From an uncultured Oscillospiraceae bacterium (lineage in GTDB: Bacteria; Bacillota; Clostridia; Oscillospirales; CAG-382), in assembly GCA_964646725.1 (NCBI GenBank), contig CAZYFX010000006.1:1-32691 (forward strand): a stretch of DNA of 32,691 nt, read 5' to 3'. Each line of letters opens with the position of its first letter. Within the stretch, counting starts at the first letter, position 1. Below the pieces are notes generated by a model. That model did not search any database and had not been told where the DNA came from. It saw nothing but the letters and a program-made list of their open reading frames with translations. This document shows positions 9,714 through 19,000 of the stretch, one piece after another. A program made the translations under genes and the position numbers.

Positions 9714-9809
9714 GATGAAATCCCTTCTTTTTTTGTTGACGGGTCGTGCCGTTTTTCCGAAAGGGTGCATATACTGTAAAAGGCAAATGTATGTAAGGAG
9801 GTCTTTGGA

Positions 9810-10055
9810 ATGCTTGATGAAACACAATTGCAAAAGCTTTTGACACTGTCCGACACAGAGCTTCGTCAAAAAATACTGTATGCGGCGGCTGCAGCCGGTG
9901 CCGACGTTCGACTGACAAATGCAGCCCTCGGAGATATGGCGCGCTTGCGGGGGATGATCGGCTCGTTGAAAGAGGAGGATATTCGCAAAATAACCTCCTC
10001 TATCGACCCGAATACCCTGCAAACCATTGCGAACCGTTTGAAGCAAACGGAATAA
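9810..10055 (+). CDS. Small hypothetical alpha-helical protein (81 aa)
   Basis: Strong RBS TAAGGAGG just upstream; amphipathic helical sequence; first of three co-oriented ORFs. Confidence 0.8.
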   Translation: MLDETQLQKLLTLSDTELRQKILYAAAAAGADVRLTNAALGDMARLRGMIGSLKEEDIRKITSSIDPNTLQTIANRLKQTE

Positions 10056-10074
10056 CGTCAAAGGAGTGACGCAC

Positions 10075-10488
10075 ATGTCGGAGCCGACAAACGATAAGCT
10101 GCGGGAGCTTTTGGAAAATCCCGAGAATCTGGCGCTGATTGCCCGTCTTGTCGGGAGCATGAGCGGCGGGGGACTCGGTTCGCTTTTGAGCGGCGGGGGA
10201 GGGGGGAAGCGCACGACGGATACACTTTCTTCGGAAGAAGCGGTGCATTTGACGGATAGCACGGACGCGGAGAATATTGAAGCCGAACAGACTCAACCTG
10301 CTTCGACGCTGCCTCCGCCCGAAAAACTCCCCGCTTTCGGACGGGATCTTTCCACCGACAAGCGTATTGCGCTTTTGAATGCCTTACGTCCCTATATCAA
10401 CGACTCGAAAAAAGAGCGAGTGGACGGCCTTGTGCGCGCCTTGCGCGTGGCGGGGCTTTTGAATCAATATAAGGGCACACTGCTTTAA
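10075..10488 (+). CDS. Hypothetical protein (137 aa) with Gly-rich linker and C-terminal LLNALRPY motif
   Basis: RBS AAGGAG (10061-10066) favours ATG 10075. N-terminal LLENPE helix, GGGGLGSLLSGGGGG linker, C-terminal RIALLNALRPYINDSKKERVD of a type I recall from conserved clostridial hypotheticals. Confidence 0.82.
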   Translation: MSEPTNDKLRELLENPENLALIARLVGSMSGGGLGSLLSGGGGGKRTTDTLSSEEAVHLTDSTDAENIEAEQTQPASTLPPPEKLPAFGRDLSTDKRIALLNALRPYINDSKKERVDGLVRALRVAGLLNQYKGTLL

Positions 10489-10531
10489 GCCGCGCTTAAA
10501 GGGCTGTGCCCGAAGGGAGTGTTCTGTTATT

Positions 10532-10906
10532 ATGTACGCGAAAGATCGCACCTCGTCCCTCAGCGGAACCGAGCGCGCCTTTGAAGCTGCGTATGCTAAG
10601 GAAAACTATCTGCGTCGAACTGCCGCCGAAGCGCCGCCTGTCGGTGTTTCACCGCCTGTTCCTCCGCCATCTTCGCCGCCCGAATCGAAAGCTGCTTTGC
10701 CGACGGAGCGCGAGAACGCTTTGACGGAAAAAACGTCTCTGCCCGTCGAATTGCCAAAGGGGGGACGAAGCGCGTTTGACAGGCTGTTCGGCTCCGATAA
10801 GAGCGACGCGTTGCTGTTACTGTTGATCTTATTTTTCTTAACGGACGGTGATACGGAAAACGATGCCGTGATTCCGTTGCTTTTAGTGATCCTGATCCTG
10901 TTCTGA
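10532..10906 (+). CDS. Hypothetical Pro-rich protein with a hydrophobic C-terminal hairpin (124 aa)
   Basis: RBS GAAGGGAG at 10512-10519; PPVGVSPPVPPPSSPP; C-terminus DALLLLLILFFL-TDGDTEND-AVIPLLLVILILF. Confidence 0.75.
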   Translation: MYAKDRTSSLSGTERAFEAAYAKENYLRRTAAEAPPVGVSPPVPPPSSPPESKAALPTERENALTEKTSLPVELPKGGRSAFDRLFGSDKSDALLLLLILFFLTDGDTENDAVIPLLLVILILF

Positions 10907-11749
10907 CGGTTCTTTTGTACCGTTTCGACGCGGACGAAGCTCATCCGGAAGAAGCTCCGAAAAGCCGTCGGGGATTTCGAAATCCGGTGTACCGTCCTCC
11001 GACAGCGAGGTCGTGGTCATGGAATAGATCAAGCTTCCGTTTTCATAACAGGCTGCTTCGGTCACAATGCCGAAATCAAGATTCAGCTTGTAGGTCTGCG
11101 TTTGGCTGTACGAGCCGCTTTGCATGGTAAAGGTGATGAGTAAGAGCGTACCGCTGTCCCCCGATACTAAGGAATAGGTATAGCCTTCTTCTCCGACCGA
11201 GTTCAGAAAATCGTCGGGCGTTCGAATGATGCCGACTTCGCCGTCGAAGGAGATGTCACCGGTCGCATAGACCTTTGTGCGCACACGGCCGCCCGAGCGG
11301 GTGCTGACCGACGTCGAGCCGTCCTTTTCCAGAATCTGCCTGTAAGCCCCCGTGATCGGCGATACATAATAAGCAAGCTTCAGATCGGGGCGCATAATAA
11401 CGGTCACGCGGCGTTGTGAGCCGATGCCCTCCGCGTAGACCGTGTATTCCAAGTCGTGCATGTAGCTTTCGGCGGGTTTGAGTGCGGACAGCATGTTCCG
11501 CACACTTTCGGGCGTCATATTCGCTTTGATCACCGTCATATCGTCGGGATCCGAAGCGCCGTTCAGAATTTCGGCAAGCTCCGCATCGGTCGAATCGTCC
11601 GAGCGGTCTTTGTTCGCGCCAAACAGCGAAAGGGAGGACAGATCGAGAAGCCCGATGTGGGCAAGGCCGATCACGATAAACAGCAAAACCAAAGCCACGA
11701 CCAGAACATTTAAGCCGGATGCCAGAAAATTTTTTGCTTTTTCGTTCAT
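10883..11749 (-). CDS. Hypothetical membrane-anchored extracytoplasmic protein (possibly LolA-like beta fold)
   Basis: RBS AAGGAGAG; single N-terminal TM segment (NVLVVALVLLFIVIGLAHIGLL) followed by a beta-strand-rich domain. Confidence 0.75.
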   Translation of the reverse strand: MNEKAKNFLASGLNVLVVALVLLFIVIGLAHIGLLDLSSLSLFGANKDRSDDSTDAELAEILNGASDPDDMTVIKANMTPESVRNMLSALKPAESYMHDLEYTVYAEGIGSQRRVTVIMRPDLKLAYYVSPITGAYRQILEKDGSTSVSTRSGGRVRTKVYATGDISFDGEVGIIRTPDDFLNSVGEEGYTYSLVSGDSGTLLLITFTMQSGSYSQTQTYKLNLDFGIVTEAACYENGSLIYSMTTTSLSEDGTPDFEIPDGFSELLPDELRPRRNGTKEPSEQDQDH

Positions 11750-11774
11750 TCCGTCTCTCTCCTTGATTTGCGAT

Positions 11775-12884
11775 TTAATGCTCTTTGTCGTTTTCGGTGT
11801 TTTCGGAATCCTTTAAGATTTGTGCTTCTTGGCTTGCGGAAATATCCTTGCGTTCAAAGGAAAAATGAAGATTGCCGTACAGGATAACAATGGCCGTTGC
11901 GGCCACGATCAGTGCCTTGATCGTCCAACCGAACGAGAAAAGAATAGCCGCTACGCCGAGCATTCCGCTGACCGCATACAAAATCATGACGGCGTGCTTT
12001 TGGTCGAAGCCCTTGTCGATAAGCTTATGATGCAAATGTCCACGGTCGGCGTGAAACGGACTTTTGCCCGTCAGAATGCGGCGCAGAAACGCAAAGGTCG
12101 TATCGGCGAGCGGAAGCGCGAAAATCAGGATGGGAACCCAGAAGGACACCATTCCGTTGAGCTTGAAGCAGCCCTGGATGGACAAAACGCCTAAGGTGTA
12201 GCCCAAAAACAGCGCACCGGTGTCACCCATGAAAATGCGCGCCGGGTTGAAGTTGAAGGGAAGAAAGCCCATGCAGGCGCCCACCAGTATGGCGATCATG
12301 CAAATGACATTGATATCCGTGTCCGTGCGGATCAGGGTGAACAGCAATGTGGCCGCCGAAATGGTGGAGACACCGCAGGACAGACCGTCCAAACCGTCGA
12401 TCAGGTTGACGGCGTTGGTGATGGCGGTGATCCAGATGACCGTCACGACCGGCGCAAAAAGGCCGAATTCGATGTGCAGGCCGAACAGATTGATCTGTTC
12501 GATGGTGATGCCGCCGCAAACCGCCACGATCGCCGCGACGATCTGTAAAAACAGTTTGGCGAAGGCATTCATATCGTATTTATCGTCGATGATACCGACC
12601 GTGAGAATAATGACGTTGCCCATGAGCATGGTCACGGTCTGAAGCGTCGGCTTGCAGAAGATGAGCACCGAAACGGTAAACGCAAAGAAGATCGCCGCGC
12701 CACCCATTAGGGGCATTTCTTTTTTGTGCATACGGCGGTCATCCTTGGGAACGTCCGTCACGCCCAACCGAAAGGCAAGCGTCCGAACGACCGGTGTGGT
12801 CGTGACCGACAGGAAAAACGCGCAGATGAAGGCCAAAACGATGCCGTAGACCGTGTTGAACGCAGAACCGTACATTTCAAACAT
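11775..12884 (-). CDS. tagO: Undecaprenyl-phosphate GlcNAc-1-phosphate transferase (TagO/WecA, MraY-like family)
   Basis: Start reassigned to ATG 12884 (RBS GAAAGGA). Motifs GIIDD, NAVNLIDGLDGL, FNFNPARIFMGDTG, DRGHLHH; polytopic hydrophobic profile. Confidence 0.9.
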   Translation of the reverse strand: MFEMYGSAFNTVYGIVLAFICAFFLSVTTTPVVRTLAFRLGVTDVPKDDRRMHKKEMPLMGGAAIFFAFTVSVLIFCKPTLQTVTMLMGNVIILTVGIIDDKYDMNAFAKLFLQIVAAIVAVCGGITIEQINLFGLHIEFGLFAPVVTVIWITAITNAVNLIDGLDGLSCGVSTISAATLLFTLIRTDTDINVICMIAILVGACMGFLPFNFNPARIFMGDTGALFLGYTLGVLSIQGCFKLNGMVSFWVPILIFALPLADTTFAFLRRILTGKSPFHADRGHLHHKLIDKGFDQKHAVMILYAVSGMLGVAAILFSFGWTIKALIVAATAIVILYGNLHFSFERKDISASQEAQILKDSENTENDKEH

Positions 12885-12918
12885 GAAGCAAAATCCTTTC
12901 CTATATGCTATGCGTTTT

Positions 12919-13953
12919 TTACCGAGCGGTAAAGCCGACCTTTTTATATACCTTGCGCATGGTTTTGGATGCAAAGTAAACGGCCTTTTCGGCGCCGTCC
13001 TTCATAAGTCCCTCGAGGTATGCCTTGTCGGCGATCAGACGGGCGTATTCGGTGCGCACATTCTCCAATCCGTCTGCGCAAGTCTCACCCACGGCCGCCT
13101 TGAAATCGCCGTAGCCTTTGCCTTCGAATTCGTGCTCGATCTCTTCAAAGCTCTTATCGGTAAAGACCGAGTAAATGCTCATCAAGTTGTTGATGCCGTC
13201 CTTGCCGGGCGCATATTTCACCACGCTGTCCGAATCGGTGACGGCACGCTTGATCTTGCGGATGGTGTCGTCGCGGCTTTCGATGATGGCCACATACGAC
13301 GCCGGGTTCGGGTCGGACTTGCTCATTTTTTTGGTCGGATCGGTAAGCGAGGTGATCTTCATGCCGGTTTTGGAAATGTACGGCTCGGGAAGCGTGAAAA
13401 CGTCGCCGTAAATGCCGTTGAAGCGTCCGGCAATGTCGCGTGTCAGCTCGACGTGCTGCTTCTGGTCGATGCCCACCGGGACAAGGTCGGTCTGATACAG
13501 AAGAATGTCCGCCGCCATTAAAACGGGATAGGTGAAAAGGCCGGCGTTGATGTTGTCCGCGTGCTTCTGCGATTTGTCCTTAAACTGGGTCATACGCGAC
13601 AGCTCGCCGAAGCCCGTGTAGCAGCCTAAAATCCACGAAAGTTCCGCATGAGCGGGCACATGGCTCTGCACGAACAAAATGCTCTTGTTCGGGTCGATGC
13701 CGCAGGCGATGTACAGCGCCAGTCCCTCTAAGGTACGGCGGCGCAGCTCGGCTGGTACCTGACGAACCGTGATGGCGTGAAGATCCATCATGCAGTACAT
13801 GCAGTCGTAGTCGTTCTGTAGGCCGACCCAGTTGCGAATGGCACCCAAATAGTTGCCGAGTGTCAGAATGCCGCTGGGCTGTACGCCCGAGAAGATGCGC
13901 TTGCGCGGCGCTTCGGTCACTTCTTTATTTTCCGTTTTCATTTCTTCAGCCAT
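12919..13953 (-). CDS. trpS: Tryptophan--tRNA ligase
   Basis: FSGVQPSG, TLGNYLG (HIGH equivalent), YPVLMAADILLY, VPVGIDQKQH, KMSKS. Confidence 0.97.
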   Translation of the reverse strand: MAEEMKTENKEVTEAPRKRIFSGVQPSGILTLGNYLGAIRNWVGLQNDYDCMYCMMDLHAITVRQVPAELRRRTLEGLALYIACGIDPNKSILFVQSHVPAHAELSWILGCYTGFGELSRMTQFKDKSQKHADNINAGLFTYPVLMAADILLYQTDLVPVGIDQKQHVELTRDIAGRFNGIYGDVFTLPEPYISKTGMKITSLTDPTKKMSKSDPNPASYVAIIESRDDTIRKIKRAVTDSDSVVKYAPGKDGINNLMSIYSVFTDKSFEEIEHEFEGKGYGDFKAAVGETCADGLENVRTEYARLIADKAYLEGLMKDGAEKAVYFASKTMRKVYKKVGFTAR

Positions 13954-13995
13954 GGTATTGTCCTCACATTCCGTTATTTCATCAAAGTAAAATTT

Positions 13996-15186
13996 TTACA
14001 TTCCCATATCCCGCATGACCGACGCAAGCGCCGCCACACCCGTGCGAATCTGTTCGGTCGTGGGCATGGAATAATTCATGCGGAAGGACAGGCTCTCTTT
14101 ATTCGGCTCGGGCAAGAAGGTAGCTCCCGGCACGACCGCCACCTTGGCCGCAACGGCACGCGCCAAAAAGTCCTTCATATCGGTACCCTCGGGGAGCGTC
14201 ACCCACAAAAACAGGCCGCCCTCGGGGCGTGTGTAGCGTACCGATTTCGGAAACAGACGATCCATTTCGGCAAGCATTACCGCGCAGTTGTCCCCATACA
14301 GGCGGTTGATGGAGCGGATATGCTCGTCCAGACCGTAGGTCTCGATGAATTTCGAGCAGAGCATCTGGAAGAACAGATTGGTGTGTACGTCGTTGGTCTG
14401 CTTGACCACGACGATCTTGCCGACCAATGTCTCGTGACCGCACAAAAAGCCCACACGCATACCGGCCGACAGAATTTTGGAGAAGGAGCCGCAATACAAT
14501 ACCACACCCTCGTCATCCATGCTCTTGATGGTGGGGATATCCGTTCCCGCAAAGCGAAGTTCGCCGTAGGGGTTGTCCTCCAGAATGACCACGCCGTATT
14601 TTTTGGCAAGCGCCAGCACGGCCTTTCTCTTTTCGAGTGACATGGTGATGCCTGCCGGATTCTGGAAGGTCGGGATGAGATAGATGAGCTTGACGCGCTT
14701 GTCGGCTTTTAAAATGCTTTCCAATTCGTCGGGATCGATGCCGTCCGTACCAACATCCAAACCCTTGAGGTTGACGCCGTAGGAACGGAACGCATTGAGT
14801 GCGCCGATGAAGCTCGGATTTTCGCAAATAACGGTGTCGCCCTCGTTGCAAAGTACTTTGCAGGCAAGGTCGATGCCCTGCTGGCCGCCGGAGGTGATGA
14901 CGGTCATGTCGTAGTCACGTCCGATGTCAAAGCGGCTCTTTAAGCGGTCGGCCACCTGTGTGCGAAGCGGTGCATAGCCCTCGGTGATACCGTATTGGAG
15001 CGATTTGGCGGATTCCGTTTCGAAAATTTCGTTGGCCAATCCCTGTAGCTTTTCGACCGGGAAGGACAACGGAGAGGGATTTCCGGCCGCGAAGGAAATG
15101 ACGCTCGGGTCGGTGAGGGATTTGAAAATTTCGCGGATGGCGGAGGGCTTGAGTTCTTTGACTTTATCGGAAAATTCAAAATTCAT
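13996..15186 (-). CDS. PLP-dependent aminotransferase, class I/II (2-aminoadipate/aromatic, LysN/ARO8-like)
   Basis: Start reassigned to ATG 15186 (RBS GAAAGGAAG). Motifs SAIRE, TSGGQQG, PTFQNPAG, EDNPY, GSFSKILSAGMRVG (PLP lysine), PEGGLF; no N-terminal HTH. Confidence 0.92.
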   Translation of the reverse strand: MNFEFSDKVKELKPSAIREIFKSLTDPSVISFAAGNPSPLSFPVEKLQGLANEIFETESAKSLQYGITEGYAPLRTQVADRLKSRFDIGRDYDMTVITSGGQQGIDLACKVLCNEGDTVICENPSFIGALNAFRSYGVNLKGLDVGTDGIDPDELESILKADKRVKLIYLIPTFQNPAGITMSLEKRKAVLALAKKYGVVILEDNPYGELRFAGTDIPTIKSMDDEGVVLYCGSFSKILSAGMRVGFLCGHETLVGKIVVVKQTNDVHTNLFFQMLCSKFIETYGLDEHIRSINRLYGDNCAVMLAEMDRLFPKSVRYTRPEGGLFLWVTLPEGTDMKDFLARAVAAKVAVVPGATFLPEPNKESLSFRMNYSMPTTEQIRTGVAALASVMRDMGM

Positions 15187-15280
15187 ACGATAGCTTCCTT
15201 TCAATTCGATTGCATCGATTGCAAAACGGTTTATATCATGCTGAAAACGGGACATACGCCCTGCTTTTTTGCCGCAATTC

Positions 15281-15309
15281 ATTATATCATACTTATTCGG
15301 TATTTTCAA
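15281..15309 (-). promoter_or_regulatory. Near-consensus sigmaA promoter with extended -10 for aminotransferase-trpS-tagO
   Basis: Minus strand TTGAAA (15309-15304), 17 bp, TGA-TATAAT (15286-15281). Confidence 0.85.
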
Positions 15310-15333
15310 GGCGTGCAGACATTTTTTTCGTCT

Positions 15334-16035
15334 TCACTCACCGAAATTCGCAAATTCGGCAAAAATCGGCGAAAACAGCGGAGACTCCGCCTGCCCGTAC
15401 AGTTCTCGACCGACGGAAAAGCACTTGTCCCGTCCGTCAAACGGGTCGGTGAAGCAGAGCCTTTCGGCAAACAGTCCCAACTCGGATTTTCTTAGCGGAC
15501 TGCCGTAACGCGTATCCCCCGCCAGCGGCCATGCGCGCGAAGCAAACTGCACACGAATCTGATGTGTGCGGCCGGTGTACAGGTGTACGCGCGTCAGCGA
15601 AAGCGGTACATCGCCGTCGGAAAGCGTTTCGAGTACCTCGTAGGCGAGACGTGCCGTTTTGACGCCCGCCCGCTTTTTGGTTACGACGAAGCTTTTGTTT
15701 TTGCGAACATCGTGGTACAGCAAATCGGTCATTTCGCCGACCGACGGCGTGGGTACACCGCATACAACGGCAAGGTAGGTCTTGTCCAAACCGTTTTCGG
15801 CGGCAAGACGCGAAAAAACCGCCGCACCCTCCGGGGTTTTTGCGTAAACCATGATGCCGGCTGTCTCACGATCTAACCGATGGATGGGGTAGATGTCGCT
15901 TTTCAGCGCGTCGGACAAAAGGCGGATCATGTCGGGGACGTTGCCCGTGCGTTCGGAGGCGCCTTGGGAAAGCACACCGCGCGGCTTGACGGTCACGGCA
16001 TAATGACGCGAATCGTAAAGAAGAATGGGTTCCAT
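15334..16035 (-). CDS. RluA-family pseudouridine synthase
   Basis: VKPRG, HRLDRETAG (catalytic Asp), KTYLAVV, TGRTHQIRVQ, GDTRYG; no S4 domain. Confidence 0.93.
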   Translation of the reverse strand: MEPILLYDSRHYAVTVKPRGVLSQGASERTGNVPDMIRLLSDALKSDIYPIHRLDRETAGIMVYAKTPEGAAVFSRLAAENGLDKTYLAVVCGVPTPSVGEMTDLLYHDVRKNKSFVVTKKRAGVKTARLAYEVLETLSDGDVPLSLTRVHLYTGRTHQIRVQFASRAWPLAGDTRYGSPLRKSELGLFAERLCFTDPFDGRDKCFSVGRELYGQAESPLFSPIFAEFANFGE

Positions 16036-16059
16036 AGATGTTTCTCCGTTCTCGAAAAA

Positions 16060-19000
16060 TCAGAACAGGGTCAGCTGATTGGTTTCGTTTAAGTCATCCA
16101 GCACACCGTTTTTGCGTAAGATTTCGATCACCGCCTTGGACACCTGCGAACGGGTGCGCAGATCCTCCACGGACAAAATCTCCTCCCCTCTGCAAGCATT
16201 GTACAGACTTTCGGCGGCCGCTTCGCCGAGACCTCCCATGGAGGAAAAGGGACAGCGAATGCCTTTTTCGCCCTCGGGCAGAAAATGAAAGGCGTGTGAT
16301 TTTTTGATGTCGGGGCGCAAAAACTCAAAGCCGCGCGCACAGGCTTCGTTGCAAAGCTGAAGTGTGGCGATCATATCGGTTTCCTTTTGCGTGGCTTCCT
16401 TGCCCTTGGCTTCGATTTCGCGAAGGACGCTTTTGATGTGCTCCTTGCCTCGGGTGACGATATCCGCGTCAAAGCCGCCGGGCGCGACGGACAAAAAGGC
16501 GGCGTAGAACACCTGCGGCATATGTACCTTGAACCAGCCGAGCCGAAGTGCCGACATATCGTAGGCCACGGCATGTGCCTTGGGAAACATGTATTTGATC
16601 TTGAAGCAGCTGTCGATATACCAGTCCGGAACATCGTGCCGCTTCATTTCCTCCACCATTTCGGGGGTCAGTTTTGAACGCGCCTTGCCCTTGCGGGTGA
16701 TCTCCATGATGTTGAAGGCAAGCGACGGGTCGAGCCCCTTATGTATCAGATAGGTCATGATGGAATCTCGTGTTCCGATGACTTCGGAAATGGTACAGGT
16801 GCCGTTGTGAATAAGCTCTTGGGCATTGCCGAGCCATACGTCCGTTCCGTGCGACAGACCGGAGATCTGAAGTAAGTCGGTGAAGTTTTTCGGCTTGGAT
16901 TCGACGATCATCTGTCGAACGAATTTTGTACCGAATTCGGGCAGTCCGAAGGTGGCCACCTCGCTGTCGATGTCCTCCGGCTCGACGCCGATGGATTTGG
17001 TGGAAATGAACAGCTCCATGACCTCGGGGTCGTTCATGGGAAGATCGAGCACGCTTAATCCCGAAAATTTCTCCATCATTTTGTATTTGGTCGGTACATC
17101 ATGCCCGAGCAGATCGAGCTTCAAAATGGTATCGTGCAGAAATTTGAAGGCAAAGTGCGTGGTGACGATATCGCTTTTCGGGTCATCGGCGGGGTGTTGG
17201 ACGGGCGTGAAGTCGTACACGTCGTATTCCTTCGGAATGACCACAATGCCGCCGGGATGCTGACCGGTGCTTTTCTTAACGCCGGTACAACCGTTCGCAA
17301 GCCGTTGCTCCTCGGCCTTGTTGACGCAAAGTCCGCGTTCCTCCAGGTAGCGCTTGACGTAGCCGTAAGCGTTTTTGTCGGCCAGCGTTCCGAGCGTTCC
17401 CGCGCGGAACACGTTTTCCGCTCCGAACAAAACCTCGGTGTATTTGTGTACTTTGCCCTGTACGTCGCCCGAAAAGTTTAAGTCGATATCCGGCGATTTA
17501 TCACCTTTAAAGCCCAAAAACGTTTCGAACGGAATGTCGTGTCCGTCTCCGACCATGGCCGCACCGCATTTCGGACAGTCCTTGGGCGGCAGGTCGAAGC
17601 CGCTTCCGACCGAGCCGTCGGTGAAAAATTCGCTGTATTTGCACTTCGGACAGCGGTAATGGGGAACGAGCGGATTGACCTCGGATATGCCGGCCATGGT
17701 CGCAACGAACGATGAGCCGACCGAGCCGCGCGAACCGACGAGGTAGCCGTTTTGCTCGCTGTATTTGATTAAGCGGCGCGCAATGACATACAAAACCGCA
17801 AAGCCGTGATCGATGATCGGGGTCAGCTCGCGCTCCAGACGTTTGGCAACGATCTCGGGAAGCGGGTCGCCGTACAGCTCCTTGGCAAGTTCGTAGCAGC
17901 TGCTCGTTAATTCTTCTTCCGCGCCGTCCATGTGCGGCGGGAAGGAACCGGGCGGGATGGGGCGAATTTTTTCGATTTGATCGGCGATGAGATTGGTGTT
18001 GGTCACCACCACCTCATAGGCTTTTTCGGGGGAGAGATAGTCAAATTCGGCAAGCATTTCCTCAGTCGTGCGCATGTATAGCGGAATATCGCGGTCGGCA
18101 TCTTTGAATTTCTGCCCGGCAAGCAGAATTTTTCGGTATATGCCGTCGCTTTTTTCGTTGAAATGCACGTCTCCCGTGGCCACGACCGGGATATTCAGTT
18201 CGTCCCCCAAACGGATGATGGTCTCATTGAGCTCAATGAGTCGCTCTTTTCCCGCGACCGTTCCGTTGTCGATCATAAACTGATTGTTGCCGAGAGGTTG
18301 GATTTCCAAATAGTCGTAGAATTTTGCCATCTCGCACAGCTCATTCCACGGTTTTCCGGCAAGTACAGCCTGATACAATTCTCCCGCCTCGCAGGCCGAG
18401 CCGATAATCAGCCCCTCGCGGTGCTCGGCAAGCACGGTTTTCGGAATGCGCGGAACGCGGTGAAAATAGTCGAGATAGGAATAGGAAACCAGCTTGTACA
18501 AATTTTTCAAGCCGACTTGATTCTTGACCAAAATGATCTGATGATAGCTTTTCAGCTTTTTGGGGTCACAGCGTCCGCTCATGGAGCTTATCAGTCCGTC
18601 AAGGTCATGAATGCCCTCGCCGACCAACTTCCCACACAGCTTTTCGAAAATGAGCGCCAGCATGTGTGCGTCCTCAAATGCGCGGTGGTGGTTGAAATCG
18701 CCGAGTCCGAAATAGTCGGCCACCGCGTCGAGGGTATGTTTTTTCAAATCGTCGTTGCAGTAGCGGGACAGCGCGACGGTATCGACAAAGGTGGGGGTGA
18801 ACGGAAGGCTGCACTGTTCGGCGGCGTGTCGGATGAAGCCGATATCGAAGGAGGCGTTGTGCGCCACAAAAACGGCATCTCCGGCAAAGGCCAGAAATTT
18901 CGGAAGCACTTCGGAAATGTCGGGTGCGTCGGCCACCATGTCATCGGATATGCCGGTAAGCTCGGTGATTTTCGCACTGATGGGCATGTGCGGATTGACA

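Noticed and set aside
9736-9775. TTGACG...TATACT as a sigmaA promoter for the small-gene island
   Set aside because: The spacer is 28 bp, far too long.
9714-10262. N-terminal extension of the 344-aa minus ORF, suggesting a fusion phosphoesterase
   Set aside because: The family begins at MKILVFSDTH with its own RBS; the extension is antisense to two better-supported plus-strand genes.
12885-12974. Extended tagO start overlapping trpS
   Set aside because: RBS GAAAGGA supports ATG 12884, which removes the overlap.
15187-15309. 41-codon extension of the aminotransferase, suggesting a MocR-type HTH fusion
   Set aside because: It starts at the TTG of the -35 box and has no HTH pattern; the RBS supports ATG 15186.
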